The position numbers and the translations under genes were made by a program. The notes beneath the pieces are model-generated. The model made no database searches. It saw nothing but the letters and a program-made list of their open reading frames with translations, and was not told the DNA's origin. From an uncultured Candidatus Saccharibacteria bacterium (GTDB taxonomy: Bacteria; Patescibacteriota; Minisyncoccia; Phycocordibacterales; UBA918): a stretch of DNA of 64,000 nt. Positions 31,217 through 40,318 of this stretch are shown here, one piece after another (positions within the stretch are counted from its first letter, which is position 1; each line of letters begins with the position of its first letter). The stretch spans positions 14,157 to 78,156 of the forward strand of contig CAZBMV010000002.1 in the NCBI GenBank assembly GCA_964493145.1, written 5' to 3'.

Positions 31217-31990
31217 ATGAACACCGCAAAATTTTTTACCAATCCAAACGACGCCGTCGCCGAGATTCAGCGCCGACGAAACGACACCGATCTGCGACAA
31301 CGAGTCGCCGATTTTTTGAATGGTGACATTCCCGAGCACTTCAGCGGCGACACTCCCATTCTCTACCTCGCACGCCACGTGGTAACACCGAGCCATGAGA
31401 CGCTCAAGTTCATTGAGAAGGCACAGCCACTCGGTCTCCCCATCGTGCTTGGACAAGATGTAAAAGATAAATTCGTTTCAAATAACTCAATGAAACGCAC
31501 CCTTGGCAAAATGCCTGTCGTGAAGGGCATCTCACGAAACACCGACGAAATTATTGAGCATTTCACCGTGATTGATTTTGACGACGCACAAGGAAAACCC
31601 TTTTGCGAAATTATGACAAAAAACAACGGGAGTCTCGTTGAGTTACACACATCACTCCTGAGGGAAATTTATCCAACCGGAATTACCATTGTAGATGAAT
31701 CGGAGTGGATAGACAGAAATGGACGTGGAAACATTCTAGAACACTACAAAAGATTTCTCACACTCTTCCTCGCACACGGTATTATGTATGAAACGTACAT
31801 TCTTGAGGATCACTACTTCGTAAAGCAGGTACTTGAGCCGGCGGTCGCCTTTGTGGAAGAAACGTTTGGGTACAAACCCCTCATCTGCGAACTCATACCA
31901 AATAGGGATATCGGAGAACGCAACTGGGACGCCTACCCGAGCGTTCTCTATGCCCGTATTAAGAACATGCTCACGGGTGACAAGAAATAG
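31217..31990 (+). CDS. Unknown-function protein, paralog A of a three-member family in this window
   Basis: It aligns with the ORFs at 35613 and 36397 in several conserved blocks, e.g. LAHGIMYETY / VAHGVLFETF / VAHGVAFENL and VEPA…FG.KPLI. This copy has native (~50%) GC. Confidence 0.5.
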   Translation: MNTAKFFTNPNDAVAEIQRRRNDTDLRQRVADFLNGDIPEHFSGDTPILYLARHVVTPSHETLKFIEKAQPLGLPIVLGQDVKDKFVSNNSMKRTLGKMPVVKGISRNTDEIIEHFTVIDFDDAQGKPFCEIMTKNNGSLVELHTSLLREIYPTGITIVDESEWIDRNGRGNILEHYKRFLTLFLAHGIMYETYILEDHYFVKQVLEPAVAFVEETFGYKPLICELIPNRDIGERNWDAYPSVLYARIKNMLTGDKK

Positions 31991-32054
31991 ACTGGATTTG
32001 ATCCCGTGCATAAACAATAAAACAGATGGGGTGTGGGTGCTATAATTTACGTAC

Positions 32055-32594
32055 ATGGTAGATGGGAAGTCAAAGATGCTTTTTTGGGTGATGGCGATGC
32101 TCATCGTACTTTCGGTGTCGGCATCGTACTACCGTTTTATGGTGCTCCATGATTACGTCGTGGAGGCGCAAATTGACTGCGACCCGACATTTGAAAGCTG
32201 TTTCGTCTGGGAATGTGACCCGAGCATAGAAGGCGAGTGTACCGGAAATGAAGAAGAAGATACATGGTATTACAAGATTGCACATCGTAACGCGAAGAAC
32301 ATTACCGGTTGCGAAGATGGTGACACGACCTGTCAATTCACCTGTCCGAGTGATGGGGAAGAAGAGTGTGATGAGATACTTTGTTCTGATGAAGCACTTG
32401 CAACATACGACGTTTTGAATACGTGTACAAATCCTGATGATTTTCAGGATGAGACTCTTGAGGAAACAGAAGATGAGGAAGTGGTAAATGAGGAGGAATT
32501 AGTAGATGACACAGAATCATCTGATGAACAGATTGCAGACGATACAATCTCCACAACAGGCGACACCGTTGAAGCAGACAAGGAAATAGAATAA
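32055..32594 (+). CDS. Membrane-anchored cysteine-rich protein with an acidic C-terminal tail
   Basis: N-terminal TM helix, then 12 Cys in about 90 aa (CDP…C…C…CEDGDTTCQFTCPSDGEEECDEILC), then a D/E-rich tail. Confidence 0.45.
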   Translation: MVDGKSKMLFWVMAMLIVLSVSASYYRFMVLHDYVVEAQIDCDPTFESCFVWECDPSIEGECTGNEEEDTWYYKIAHRNAKNITGCEDGDTTCQFTCPSDGEEECDEILCSDEALATYDVLNTCTNPDDFQDETLEETEDEEVVNEEELVDDTESSDEQIADDTISTTGDTVEADKEIE

Positions 32595-32780
32595 AAAATG
32601 TAGATGGTTAGCGGTGTGTGGGGGCGGTTGTCGTAATGATGCAATCATTGCAAGTAAAAATATTAATGGAGCATCCGAGAGGTTTTGTCAAAAGGAGTTT
32701 TTAGACATCCGGTCCGCAGGCACTAGTATGTCGTTGCTTTATAGGGGTTATCTTTGTGCTTTTCATATAACTATTCACCA

Positions 32781-33305
32781 CTACTTAACAATACTGAAAT
32801 GGTGGACATTGATTCTCTTTCCGTTTTTTACACGCGCTGACACAAAAAGCCCGTCTTGTGTAAAACCAACTTTCTCCAAAGCTTTCATCATGGGAATATT
32901 TCCTTCTTCAACCTCTGCACCAATACTGAAAATACCCAGATGTTCAAATGCGTAATGCGCTACAGCATTTATTACTTCTGTCGCAACACCTTTACCCCAA
33001 TAATTTTTGTCGCCAACAACAATGCCTAAATTTGCCACTCCGTGATACTCATTAAATTCGGTGAGAGCGACTGTTCCTATTGTTATCCCGTCAATTGTTT
33101 CAATTGACCAGTAGAAACCCTCTTCATCATTCTCACATTCATTGATGTACTCATATTGTGTCGTGATGTCCTGGGTTACACTTCGTGGTTCTGGCATAAA
33201 CGCTTGTACTTCTGGATCGGTGTCCCATTTCTGCCACAGCTCAACATCGCCCATTTTGAACGGACGGATATTATAATGTTCAGATGTGATTTTCGGTGAT
33301 TTCAT
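32781..33305 (-). CDS. GNAT-family N-acetyltransferase (RimJ/RimL-like)
   Basis: GNAT fold motifs (…IGTVAL…HGVANLGIVVGDKNYWGKGVATE…). Confidence 0.8.
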   Translation of the reverse strand: MKSPKITSEHYNIRPFKMGDVELWQKWDTDPEVQAFMPEPRSVTQDITTQYEYINECENDEEGFYWSIETIDGITIGTVALTEFNEYHGVANLGIVVGDKNYWGKGVATEVINAVAHYAFEHLGIFSIGAEVEEGNIPMMKALEKVGFTQDGLFVSARVKNGKRINVHHFSIVK

Positions 33306-33529
33306 ACAACATCTAGTGTATCAAGAATCCCGGATTTTGTTGAACTCATAGATTCTGTTTAATGTCTCGTATTGCAAATCCTGTTTTTCATCCTATCTCA
33401 CATGCTAGAATGCTCGCATAATTTTACATAGTATGGAAAACAACACTGAACAATATTGGTCGATGCTGGGGAACAAATTGATCTATATATACGAATGATA
33501 CATTCGCAAAAATAATGGCTGACCCCATC

Positions 33530-34465
33530 TCACGGTCGTACATCTGTCCGGTCCAAGATTTTGAACCCTTCTATAACCGCTTCACAAAGAAAGTCCTCAA
33601 GCTGACTCTGGTCCCCTTTTGTCTGTGCCTTATACAGATACGTATAATACAGTTGTTTTTGTTCCTGACGGATAATAGCCGGAGCAATATTTGCGTTAAG
33701 CAGCATAGCGTTCATGAGTAATCGACCAACTCGACCATTACCATCTCCGAATGGATGAATTTGTTCGAACCTACTATGAACATCAGCAGATACGCCAATG
33801 ATGTCCGCAGTCTTTTCATGTATTCTGGTTATTACTTCCGTGATTAATTTAGTGATACTCATATAATTCGCAGTTGCTAAATGAACACCGGTTATTCTGA
33901 CCCCGTGATTTCTATATACACCCGCGTCCGAACGGACACCATTCATGAGAATGCTGTGAAGTTTAAGAACGAGAGCTTCATCGATTATTTTCTTTTGAGC
34001 GATATAATCAAATAAATAATTTAGAGCCGTCTGATGATTTTTTGCCTCCAATTGTTCAGAAAGGCTCTTACTCGGTAACGCAACATTATCAAAAAGGATA
34101 GCCGCTGTATCTCCCTCGGTAAGAGTACTGCCCTCGATACTGTTACTGTGGTATGTGAGCTTCAAAATGAATTGGTCACGAACATCGGGATTATCTAAAA
34201 TCTCATCTATCACACTTGAATATTCATTTGACTTTTTCTGAATAGCTTGTTTTTTTGCCACCAGAAAGTCGGCTGAGATTACCTTCTGTCCGGTAACTTC
34301 TAAAAAAAGTTCGTCTATCAATGCTCGCATTTTTGCTCGCGGGTGAGATTTCTCTGTCCACCAGCTATTAAACGTGACGAAAGACACACCAAACCTTTCT
34401 GCTAATTTGGTTTGGGTTAACCCCAACATTTTTTTAATTATCTCTAGTTTTTGGCGTGTATTCAT
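33530..34465 (-). CDS. Fic-family protein with an N-terminal HTH
   Basis: HPFGDGNGRVGRLL is the canonical Fic motif. The N-terminus has an XRE-like HTH (LTQTKLAERFGVSFVTF). Confidence 0.85.
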   Translation of the reverse strand: MNTRQKLEIIKKMLGLTQTKLAERFGVSFVTFNSWWTEKSHPRAKMRALIDELFLEVTGQKVISADFLVAKKQAIQKKSNEYSSVIDEILDNPDVRDQFILKLTYHSNSIEGSTLTEGDTAAILFDNVALPSKSLSEQLEAKNHQTALNYLFDYIAQKKIIDEALVLKLHSILMNGVRSDAGVYRNHGVRITGVHLATANYMSITKLITEVITRIHEKTADIIGVSADVHSRFEQIHPFGDGNGRVGRLLMNAMLLNANIAPAIIRQEQKQLYYTYLYKAQTKGDQSQLEDFLCEAVIEGFKILDRTDVRP

Positions 34466-34509
34466 ATACGTTTAGATGCGAGTAGTAGTAGATATCAGTC
34501 ATGTTATCA

Positions 34510-34551
34510 AACTTTATAAAGTTAGTCAAAATGTCTAAACCTTATAAAGTT
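34510..34551. promoter_or_regulatory. Two copies of a 14-bp palindrome between the divergent Fic and HExxH genes (putative operator)
   Basis: AACTTTATAAAGTT (a perfect palindrome, 34510-34523) and AACCTTATAAAGTT (34538-34551), centres 28 bp apart. Confidence 0.5.
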
Positions 34552-34610
34552 ACAATAACGCTGATGGTGAAGAAATATTGTCCTGTTTATTCTATAATCT
34601 ATATACAATT

Positions 34611-35363
34611 ATGTACCCACAACATCTTCCCACATATATTCATACTTTTCTTGACTATCCCGACTGGAGAGCCGTCGAATCTGCACACTATATATTTAAC
34701 TACACAAATGGGAGTGAAGCAGAAAGGGAAATCCAACATATCATTCACACACAAGAGGAAGGCTTCACAAGAATACTTAATGTTCTTAAAATTGTACCTC
34801 CCACAAAGAAGATTACATACTACTTTTATCCCAATGAACAGCTCAAAATGCAGCTTATGGGTGATGATTGGTATGCCCAGTCTATTTATAATGAATTCTG
34901 TGTTCATGTGCTATATACATCTGAACACAAACCAATAGGACCACATGAAGATACGCATCTTCTGAGTCTACCGTGGGGTCTTTCGTGGTGCTTCCTCCAG
35001 GAAGGACTTGCGGAACATATAGTTGGACACTCGTGGGACAAATGCTCTCATATTGAGAAGATGAAGGAGGGTATTGCAAAAGGAATCAACCTTTATCCTT
35101 CAACCCAACTTTCAGACGAGGATTGGCTGAATACATCGGACGATGGTGCGATATATTACTATGCACTCGCTGGTTCATGGGCAACGTTTTTGATTGAGCA
35201 GTATGGGCTTGAATGTTTTAAGAATCTGTATACCAACACTCACAATACAATGTCGCGAAGTATGATTGAATCAGCATATATGAAATATTATGGTGTGTCA
35301 CTTGAGAATCTTGAAAGACAGTATTTCCAGAAAATTTTGGGTTCGAGAAGAACTTCTGAATAA
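34611..35363 (+). CDS. HExxH-motif protein, putative zincin-like metallopeptidase
   Basis: GPHEDTHLL plus a downstream Glu (…QEGLAEH…). The start is uncertain: TTG at 34578 or ATG at 34611. Confidence 0.4.
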   Translation: MYPQHLPTYIHTFLDYPDWRAVESAHYIFNYTNGSEAEREIQHIIHTQEEGFTRILNVLKIVPPTKKITYYFYPNEQLKMQLMGDDWYAQSIYNEFCVHVLYTSEHKPIGPHEDTHLLSLPWGLSWCFLQEGLAEHIVGHSWDKCSHIEKMKEGIAKGINLYPSTQLSDEDWLNTSDDGAIYYYALAGSWATFLIEQYGLECFKNLYTNTHNTMSRSMIESAYMKYYGVSLENLERQYFQKILGSRRTSE

Positions 35364-35612
35364 AAATGCAATAAATGTTCTCACGGACGAAAAAATCAGA
35401 AACATCATTGAGAGTTCAGAGATGCAAAAGTTAAATTGGCGCATGAAATTCCCACTTAGGACTATGGAGAAATATTCCATTCCACCAAAAAATGAACGTC
35501 CCACCGTCGTAACCCCTTAAATGCACTGAAGCCCTCTATACTTTAGGACAAATTATGACATTCACACACAGCGGGTAAAAGCGTCGTGTTGTGGTTATGG
35601 GTGTGGTAAAAT

Positions 35613-36404
35613 ATGAGTACGTGTATGGAAAATATCTATTTGTCGCTGGATGAAGCTCGTGAAAAATTGAGAGAGCGGTGGAATGATGTTGAACTCAAAA
35701 GCAAAATTGAAAATGAATTAGGGGATAAATTTATCCAGCAATACTCAAGTGGTCCCCTTGGTATCACCACGCGACAAATAATATCCGCCGACAACGGTTG
35801 TTCTTTTTTAGACTACGCCGCTCATTACATTGGTGCTAAACCATGTGCACAAGAATTTTATGGTGATAAATTCGTTCATTTTAACGAAGAAAAGAAGGGT
35901 CTTGGCAGACTCAGAATCACGCTTAATACTGGAGAGTATGCAACGATTGATTGTATGGATTTCCACGCTTGTGAAAAAAAGAAGTTGATTGACTGTCAAC
36001 TTAAATCAGGCGAATCTCTTGTTGAGTTTCATCATGAACTTCTTGCAATAGACAATATAGGCATTGAGTATTTTGATAATACAAATTGGTACCATTCAAT
36101 CGGTCATGCGACAGATTATTATTATTACATGCTACTACATTTTGTCGCGCACGGTGTTCTCTTTGAGACATTTTATGACGAAGGAGGAACGACAGAGGAT
36201 GAGTTTACACACAATGTGGTATACCCAACGATTAACAGAATCCACGAAAAATTTGGTTTGATGCCAATGCTTATCAGAGCATACCCTGAGCACCAAAGTG
36301 ACGAAGAGGATTTTTACTGGTGGAATCACAGTAATAATGTCAACAAATGCATTATTGAATATGCATTAAAAAATAATCTTGAAATCAAAAAAGTATATGT
36401 ATGA
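35613..36404 (+). CDS. Unknown-function protein, paralog B of the three-member family
   Basis: AT-rich (~38% GC). It aligns with paralogs A and C. Conserved blocks include KKGLGRLRI and the His-rich segments FHHEL and HFVAHG. Confidence 0.5.
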   Translation: MSTCMENIYLSLDEAREKLRERWNDVELKSKIENELGDKFIQQYSSGPLGITTRQIISADNGCSFLDYAAHYIGAKPCAQEFYGDKFVHFNEEKKGLGRLRITLNTGEYATIDCMDFHACEKKKLIDCQLKSGESLVEFHHELLAIDNIGIEYFDNTNWYHSIGHATDYYYYMLLHFVAHGVLFETFYDEGGTTEDEFTHNVVYPTINRIHEKFGLMPMLIRAYPEHQSDEEDFYWWNHSNNVNKCIIEYALKNNLEIKKVYV

Positions 36405-37155
36405 AATATCTAACATTCATCTATCCCTTGATGATGTGCGGACCCAATTAAATCACAGGTGGAATAACGTTGATTTGAGAAAACAAATTGAAGACGAGCT
36501 CGGCGAGTATTTTATGCCGCAGTTTAAAAGTGTACCTCGTACAGTTTCTTTTAGACAAATATGTACTCCAGATCATGGGTTTTTCTTTTTTAATTATGCC
36601 TCCAAATATGTGGGGGCACAGCCACTCGTTCTTGAATACCATGATGATTTATTTGTATCACTAAATGAGGAGAAGAAGGGACTTGGTCGGCTTCGTATCG
36701 TAAATGAGAATGGTGCATGCACAACACTTGATATATTGGACTTTCATGAAAATGAAAGGAAAAAACTTTCAGAGTGCAAAACAAAGCAGGGTGTTAATCT
36801 TGTAGATTTTCATCATGAGCTTTTTAAGGTTTCAAATACTGAGATTGAACTTTTAGATAACTCAAAATGGTTTAAGGCGCAGGGTTCTGCATCTGACTAT
36901 TACTACAATTTGTACCTACACTACGTCGCTCATGGTGTTGCGTTTGAAAATTTATTTGATGAGACGGAAAGTGGAATAAATTTTCTTAATAATATTGTTG
37001 AACCAGCCATTGAACGAATTTATTCTAAATACAATCTCAAACCTCTCATTGCTAGACAGTACCCAACTAATCAAAACGATGCCGAAGATTTCTACTGGTG
37101 GTCCTATCCATCACGTATAAATGATTATATAATTAAAATGAGTCCAGCAAATTAA
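36397..37155 (+). CDS. Unknown-function protein, paralog C of the three-member family
   Basis: Its ATG overlaps the stop of paralog B by 8 nt. It ends 1 nt before the histidine kinase start. Confidence 0.5.
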   Translation: MYEISNIHLSLDDVRTQLNHRWNNVDLRKQIEDELGEYFMPQFKSVPRTVSFRQICTPDHGFFFFNYASKYVGAQPLVLEYHDDLFVSLNEEKKGLGRLRIVNENGACTTLDILDFHENERKKLSECKTKQGVNLVDFHHELFKVSNTEIELLDNSKWFKAQGSASDYYYNLYLHYVAHGVAFENLFDETESGINFLNNIVEPAIERIYSKYNLKPLIARQYPTNQNDAEDFYWWSYPSRINDYIIKMSPAN

Positions 37156-37156
37156 A

Positions 37157-38839
37157 ATGATATGCACTGATATACCACCTCCTGAATATTTAATTTTTTC
37201 GGACACTGTTCCGCAATTGCTTTATTATTCACATATACCTACCGCAATAATAACCTTATTCATTGGGCTTTTTGTTTTTTTGAAAAGTAAAAATTTATTA
37301 AGTGCATTACTTCTTTTAATCTCGTCTACCTTTACAATATGGCTCTTTATTAACCTTCTCAGTTGGACTAGCGTAAACGGTGACTTGATAATGTTCAACT
37401 CTTCACTCTTTGGTATCTTAAACATTGTTCTATTTTTTTCATTTTTATATTTTTATATATTTTATATTAGGAGGTGTGACGTTCACTATTTTTATAAAAT
37501 ATTATTATCACTTTTGCTTTTACCAGTTATTTTATTTAGTCAATATAATTTTTCTGTTTTTAACCTTACTTACTGTGAAGTATTTGATACTGTCGGTGTC
37601 TATTCGGACTATATTTACATACTTGAACTACTTGTATTTATTACCATATTACTATTTGGAGGATATAGTTATATACGTTCCAAGGAGGAGTTGAGAGAAC
37701 AAATTTTACTTATTACTTTTGGTGTAGGATCATTTTTATTTTTGTTTTTTACAACTGGATACTTTGCGAGCTACTTAAATGAAATGGGGTTCAATAACGC
37801 ATTTGAGATTGAGCAGTACGGTCTTTTTGGTATGACATTTTTTATCGGTGTGCTCTCATACCTCATCGTGAAGTTCCACGCCTTTAATATCAAACTTGCG
37901 GCGGCACAGGCGCTCGTCGTTGCGCTTATCTTTATTACCGGATCCGAACTCTTCTTCGTTGAGTCACTCACCAACTACATCCTCGTCAGTATTACGCTCA
38001 TCTTCTCCATCATTGGTGGATACTTCCTCGTGCGAAGTGTAAAGAGAGAAATAGCCCAGCGTGAAGAAATTGCACAACTCGCGGATACACTGGCGAAGGC
38101 GAATGAGCGATTGAAGATTTTGGACAAAATGAAGTCGGAGTTTGTCTCCATTGCATCGCACCAGCTCCGAAGCCCGCTCACCTCTATTCGCGGCTACGCG
38201 TCTATGCTTGCAGAAGGATCGTATGGGAAACTACCTGAGAAAGCGCAGGAAGTTGCAAGCAGTATTGCCGAGTCAAGCAAATTTATGGCAATGTCTATTG
38301 AGGACTACCTCAATGTCTCGCGCATTGAAGCGGGGAACATGAAGTACGAGATGAGCGACTTTAGCTTAAAAGATGTTGCCGGAAAGGTTGTGGACGAATT
38401 GCGACCAACCGCCATGAAGAAGGGTCTTGTCATGGTCTTCCGTTCTGATTGCACCACGCAGGGTACCATTCACGCCGACATAGGAAAGACGCGCCAGATC
38501 ATCATGAACCTCGTGGACAACTCCATGAAGTACACGCCAAAGGGTACCGTGACGGTCATCGCGCACGACGACGTGAAAAAGAAGAAGATGTACGTCACGA
38601 TTCAAGACACCGGCATTGGCATGAGCAAGGAAACGCTAGAAGAGGTCTTTGATAAGTTCGTGAGGGCAAAGAACGCCAACAGCGTAAACGTCACCGGCAC
38701 CGGTCTCGGCCTTTTTGTCGCAAAGAAAATGGTTACCGAAATGAAAGGTAAGGTCTGGGCCGAGTCTGAAGGAGAAGGCAAGGGCTCACGGTTCATTGTG
38801 GAGTTTCCACTGATTTCTGGGGATGCGAGTGGGAAGTAA
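37157..38839 (+). CDS. Sensor histidine kinase with a multi-TM N-terminal domain; no response regulator nearby
   Basis: HisKA H-box (SIASHQLRSPLTSIRGY) and HATPase_c N/G boxes (NLVDNSMKYT, GTGLGLFVAKKMV). The N-terminus has about 7-8 hydrophobic helices, partly encoded by a very AT-rich low-complexity stretch. Confidence 0.8.
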   Translation: MICTDIPPPEYLIFSDTVPQLLYYSHIPTAIITLFIGLFVFLKSKNLLSALLLLISSTFTIWLFINLLSWTSVNGDLIMFNSSLFGILNIVLFFSFLYFYIFYIRRCDVHYFYKILLSLLLLPVILFSQYNFSVFNLTYCEVFDTVGVYSDYIYILELLVFITILLFGGYSYIRSKEELREQILLITFGVGSFLFLFFTTGYFASYLNEMGFNNAFEIEQYGLFGMTFFIGVLSYLIVKFHAFNIKLAAAQALVVALIFITGSELFFVESLTNYILVSITLIFSIIGGYFLVRSVKREIAQREEIAQLADTLAKANERLKILDKMKSEFVSIASHQLRSPLTSIRGYASMLAEGSYGKLPEKAQEVASSIAESSKFMAMSIEDYLNVSRIEAGNMKYEMSDFSLKDVAGKVVDELRPTAMKKGLVMVFRSDCTTQGTIHADIGKTRQIIMNLVDNSMKYTPKGTVTVIAHDDVKKKKMYVTIQDTGIGMSKETLEEVFDKFVRAKNANSVNVTGTGLGLFVAKKMVTEMKGKVWAESEGEGKGSRFIVEFPLISGDASGK

Positions 38840-38851
38840 TTTTTTATGTAA

Positions 38852-39244
38852 GAAAAACAGTTTGACGAATGGAATAATGTTAAGAAGAAAATTGATTCTC
38901 ACATTCACAAGCCACCGCTATTTAAAGAACGTGAAATTTGGTGGTGCTCATTTGGTGTAAATGTTGGGTCAGAAGTGTGTGGCAAAAATGTATTTTTTCG
39001 TAGACCAGTTTTGGTTCTCAAAAAACTTTCTCAAACTTCGTTTATAGGAGTACCCCTATCAACAAAGAAGACTGAGGGTACGTGGTATATCGAAATTACT
39101 CACAGTGACGGTATGAAAAATACCGTAAACGTTGCACAGGTACGTTACGTTGATTACAGAAGACTTGATAAGAAGATTGGAACGCTTGATTCAATTGATT
39201 TTGAAAAGGTCAAAAACCAATTGAAAATAGTACTGGGTATATAA
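38852..39244 (+). CDS. MazF/PemK-family endoribonuclease toxin homolog with no canonical start (possible pseudogene)
   Basis: The in-frame region encodes …EREIWWCSFG…RRPVLVL…VPLST…LDSIDFEKVKNQLKIVLGI, which matches PemK/MazF. An ATG at 38846 is followed at once by TAA. The first in-frame canonical start is GTG 38975, which would delete beta-strand 1. Confidence 0.5.
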   Translation, partial: EKQFDEWNNVKKKIDSHIHKPPLFKEREIWWCSFGVNVGSEVCGKNVFFRRPVLVLKKLSQTSFIGVPLSTKKTEGTWYIEITHSDGMKNTVNVAQVRYVDYRRLDKKIGTLDSIDFEKVKNQLKIVLGI

Positions 39245-39437
39245 CATAAATCCCCACCCTTTCGGGCGGGGGACGTGGCTAATGCCAAATGTACGTATAT
39301 TGTATACAGGTAAAGTTGTGTTGTCAATCGAAACTGAGTAACTAATTGCAGAATGAGTATTCCATGGTATTATGTTGATGTGCTTGTGGGGCGTCAGCCC
39401 TATTCGGCTAATACATAAGCTGAAGGCAAGCATATTA

Positions 39438-39468
39438 AAAAATACCACCCTCGGGTGGTATTTTTTAA
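39438..39468. terminator. Bidirectional terminator hairpin
   Basis: ATACCACC-CTCG-GGTGGTAT perfect stem flanked by A-run and T-run, between convergent genes. Confidence 0.6.
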
Positions 39469-39944
39469 TCCTCATCCGGATTACCTTTCATAGTGGATAC
39501 AAATTTGATATCTCTATATTTATTTGTTGTCCATGCAGGCACAACGCTCCAAAAATGTAGCAGTCCATTATCCCCAATTTTTCTCAAGATTACTTTTATT
39601 TTTCTATTACCCATAATCGCAATGATTCCCCAGTACTGTATACGTTTTGCTTTCACAACCTTTGATTTCCTTTCTTTCACTACAAATTCTTTCAACATCT
39701 CTTCATACTCTTGGTGTGTAGTTGAGAGCGCAACGAGTTCAATCACTCGTGGCAAAAGTTTAAAGCGCATTACTTGCGAAGCACGATCACGTTCGTGTCT
39801 CGAATTCTTAAATATAATATGATTGAAACCTTCAGCATTGAAATATACAAGCTCATTCATAACAGGTGAAAACACCGGCTTTTGCAAAACATAAAAGGTG
39901 TGTGAATCCGCTTTTAATTTTTCATAATTTAAAAGATCATCCAT
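39465..39944 (-). CDS. Hypothetical protein (159 aa)
   Basis: ORF with a hairpin terminator downstream. No motif recognised. Confidence 0.4.
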   Translation of the reverse strand: MDDLLNYEKLKADSHTFYVLQKPVFSPVMNELVYFNAEGFNHIIFKNSRHERDRASQVMRFKLLPRVIELVALSTTHQEYEEMLKEFVVKERKSKVVKAKRIQYWGIIAIMGNRKIKVILRKIGDNGLLHFWSVVPAWTTNKYRDIKFVSTMKGNPDED

Positions 39945-39990
39945 GCAAAAAATTATATCATTTCAATGCACAAGTCCTTAACTTGCCTGA

Positions 39991-40185
39991 ATGAGGACAG
40001 GTGATGGTGATTATAAAATGCTTGTCGATTTTCTTATTGAGGAAAATCGGTTTGAAAAAGTATTGTTTCCAAATAGAAAATTTGCATCTTCATTGTATAA
40101 GCAGATTTCACACATTTATTTTGATGACTTAAGCAAAACGGAACTTCGCACCAAAATTGGGAAAAGAAAAGGGGGCCTTAGGTAA
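39991..40185 (+). CDS. Small hypothetical protein (64 aa)
   Basis: ORF followed by a GGGGCC…GGCCCC hairpin plus T-run. Confidence 0.3.
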   Translation: MRTGDGDYKMLVDFLIEENRFEKVLFPNRKFASSLYKQISHIYFDDLSKTELRTKIGKRKGGLR

Positions 40186-40318
40186 TTAACCGTTCGGGCC
40201 CCTTTTCGTCGTGATGTATATATACTAGCAAGATGTTTTTAAAAGTCAACCGTATGCATAAAATAGTATTGGTGATATAACGTAACTGCCCACTCGTCTT
40301 AAGACCGGTGGTCGGTTA

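Noticed and set aside
38846-38975. Programmed frameshift or leader peptide as an explanation for ATG-TAA ahead of the MazF-like frame.
   Set aside because: The +1 frame from the ATG encodes an unrelated 37-aa peptide ending in a stop. No slippery heptamer is present. A nonsense mutation or non-canonical start is simpler.
37157-39460. Response regulator partner for the sensor kinase.
   Set aside because: No receiver-domain ORF (D-D-K signature) on either strand within 5 kb. The following ORF is MazF-like and the next is convergent.
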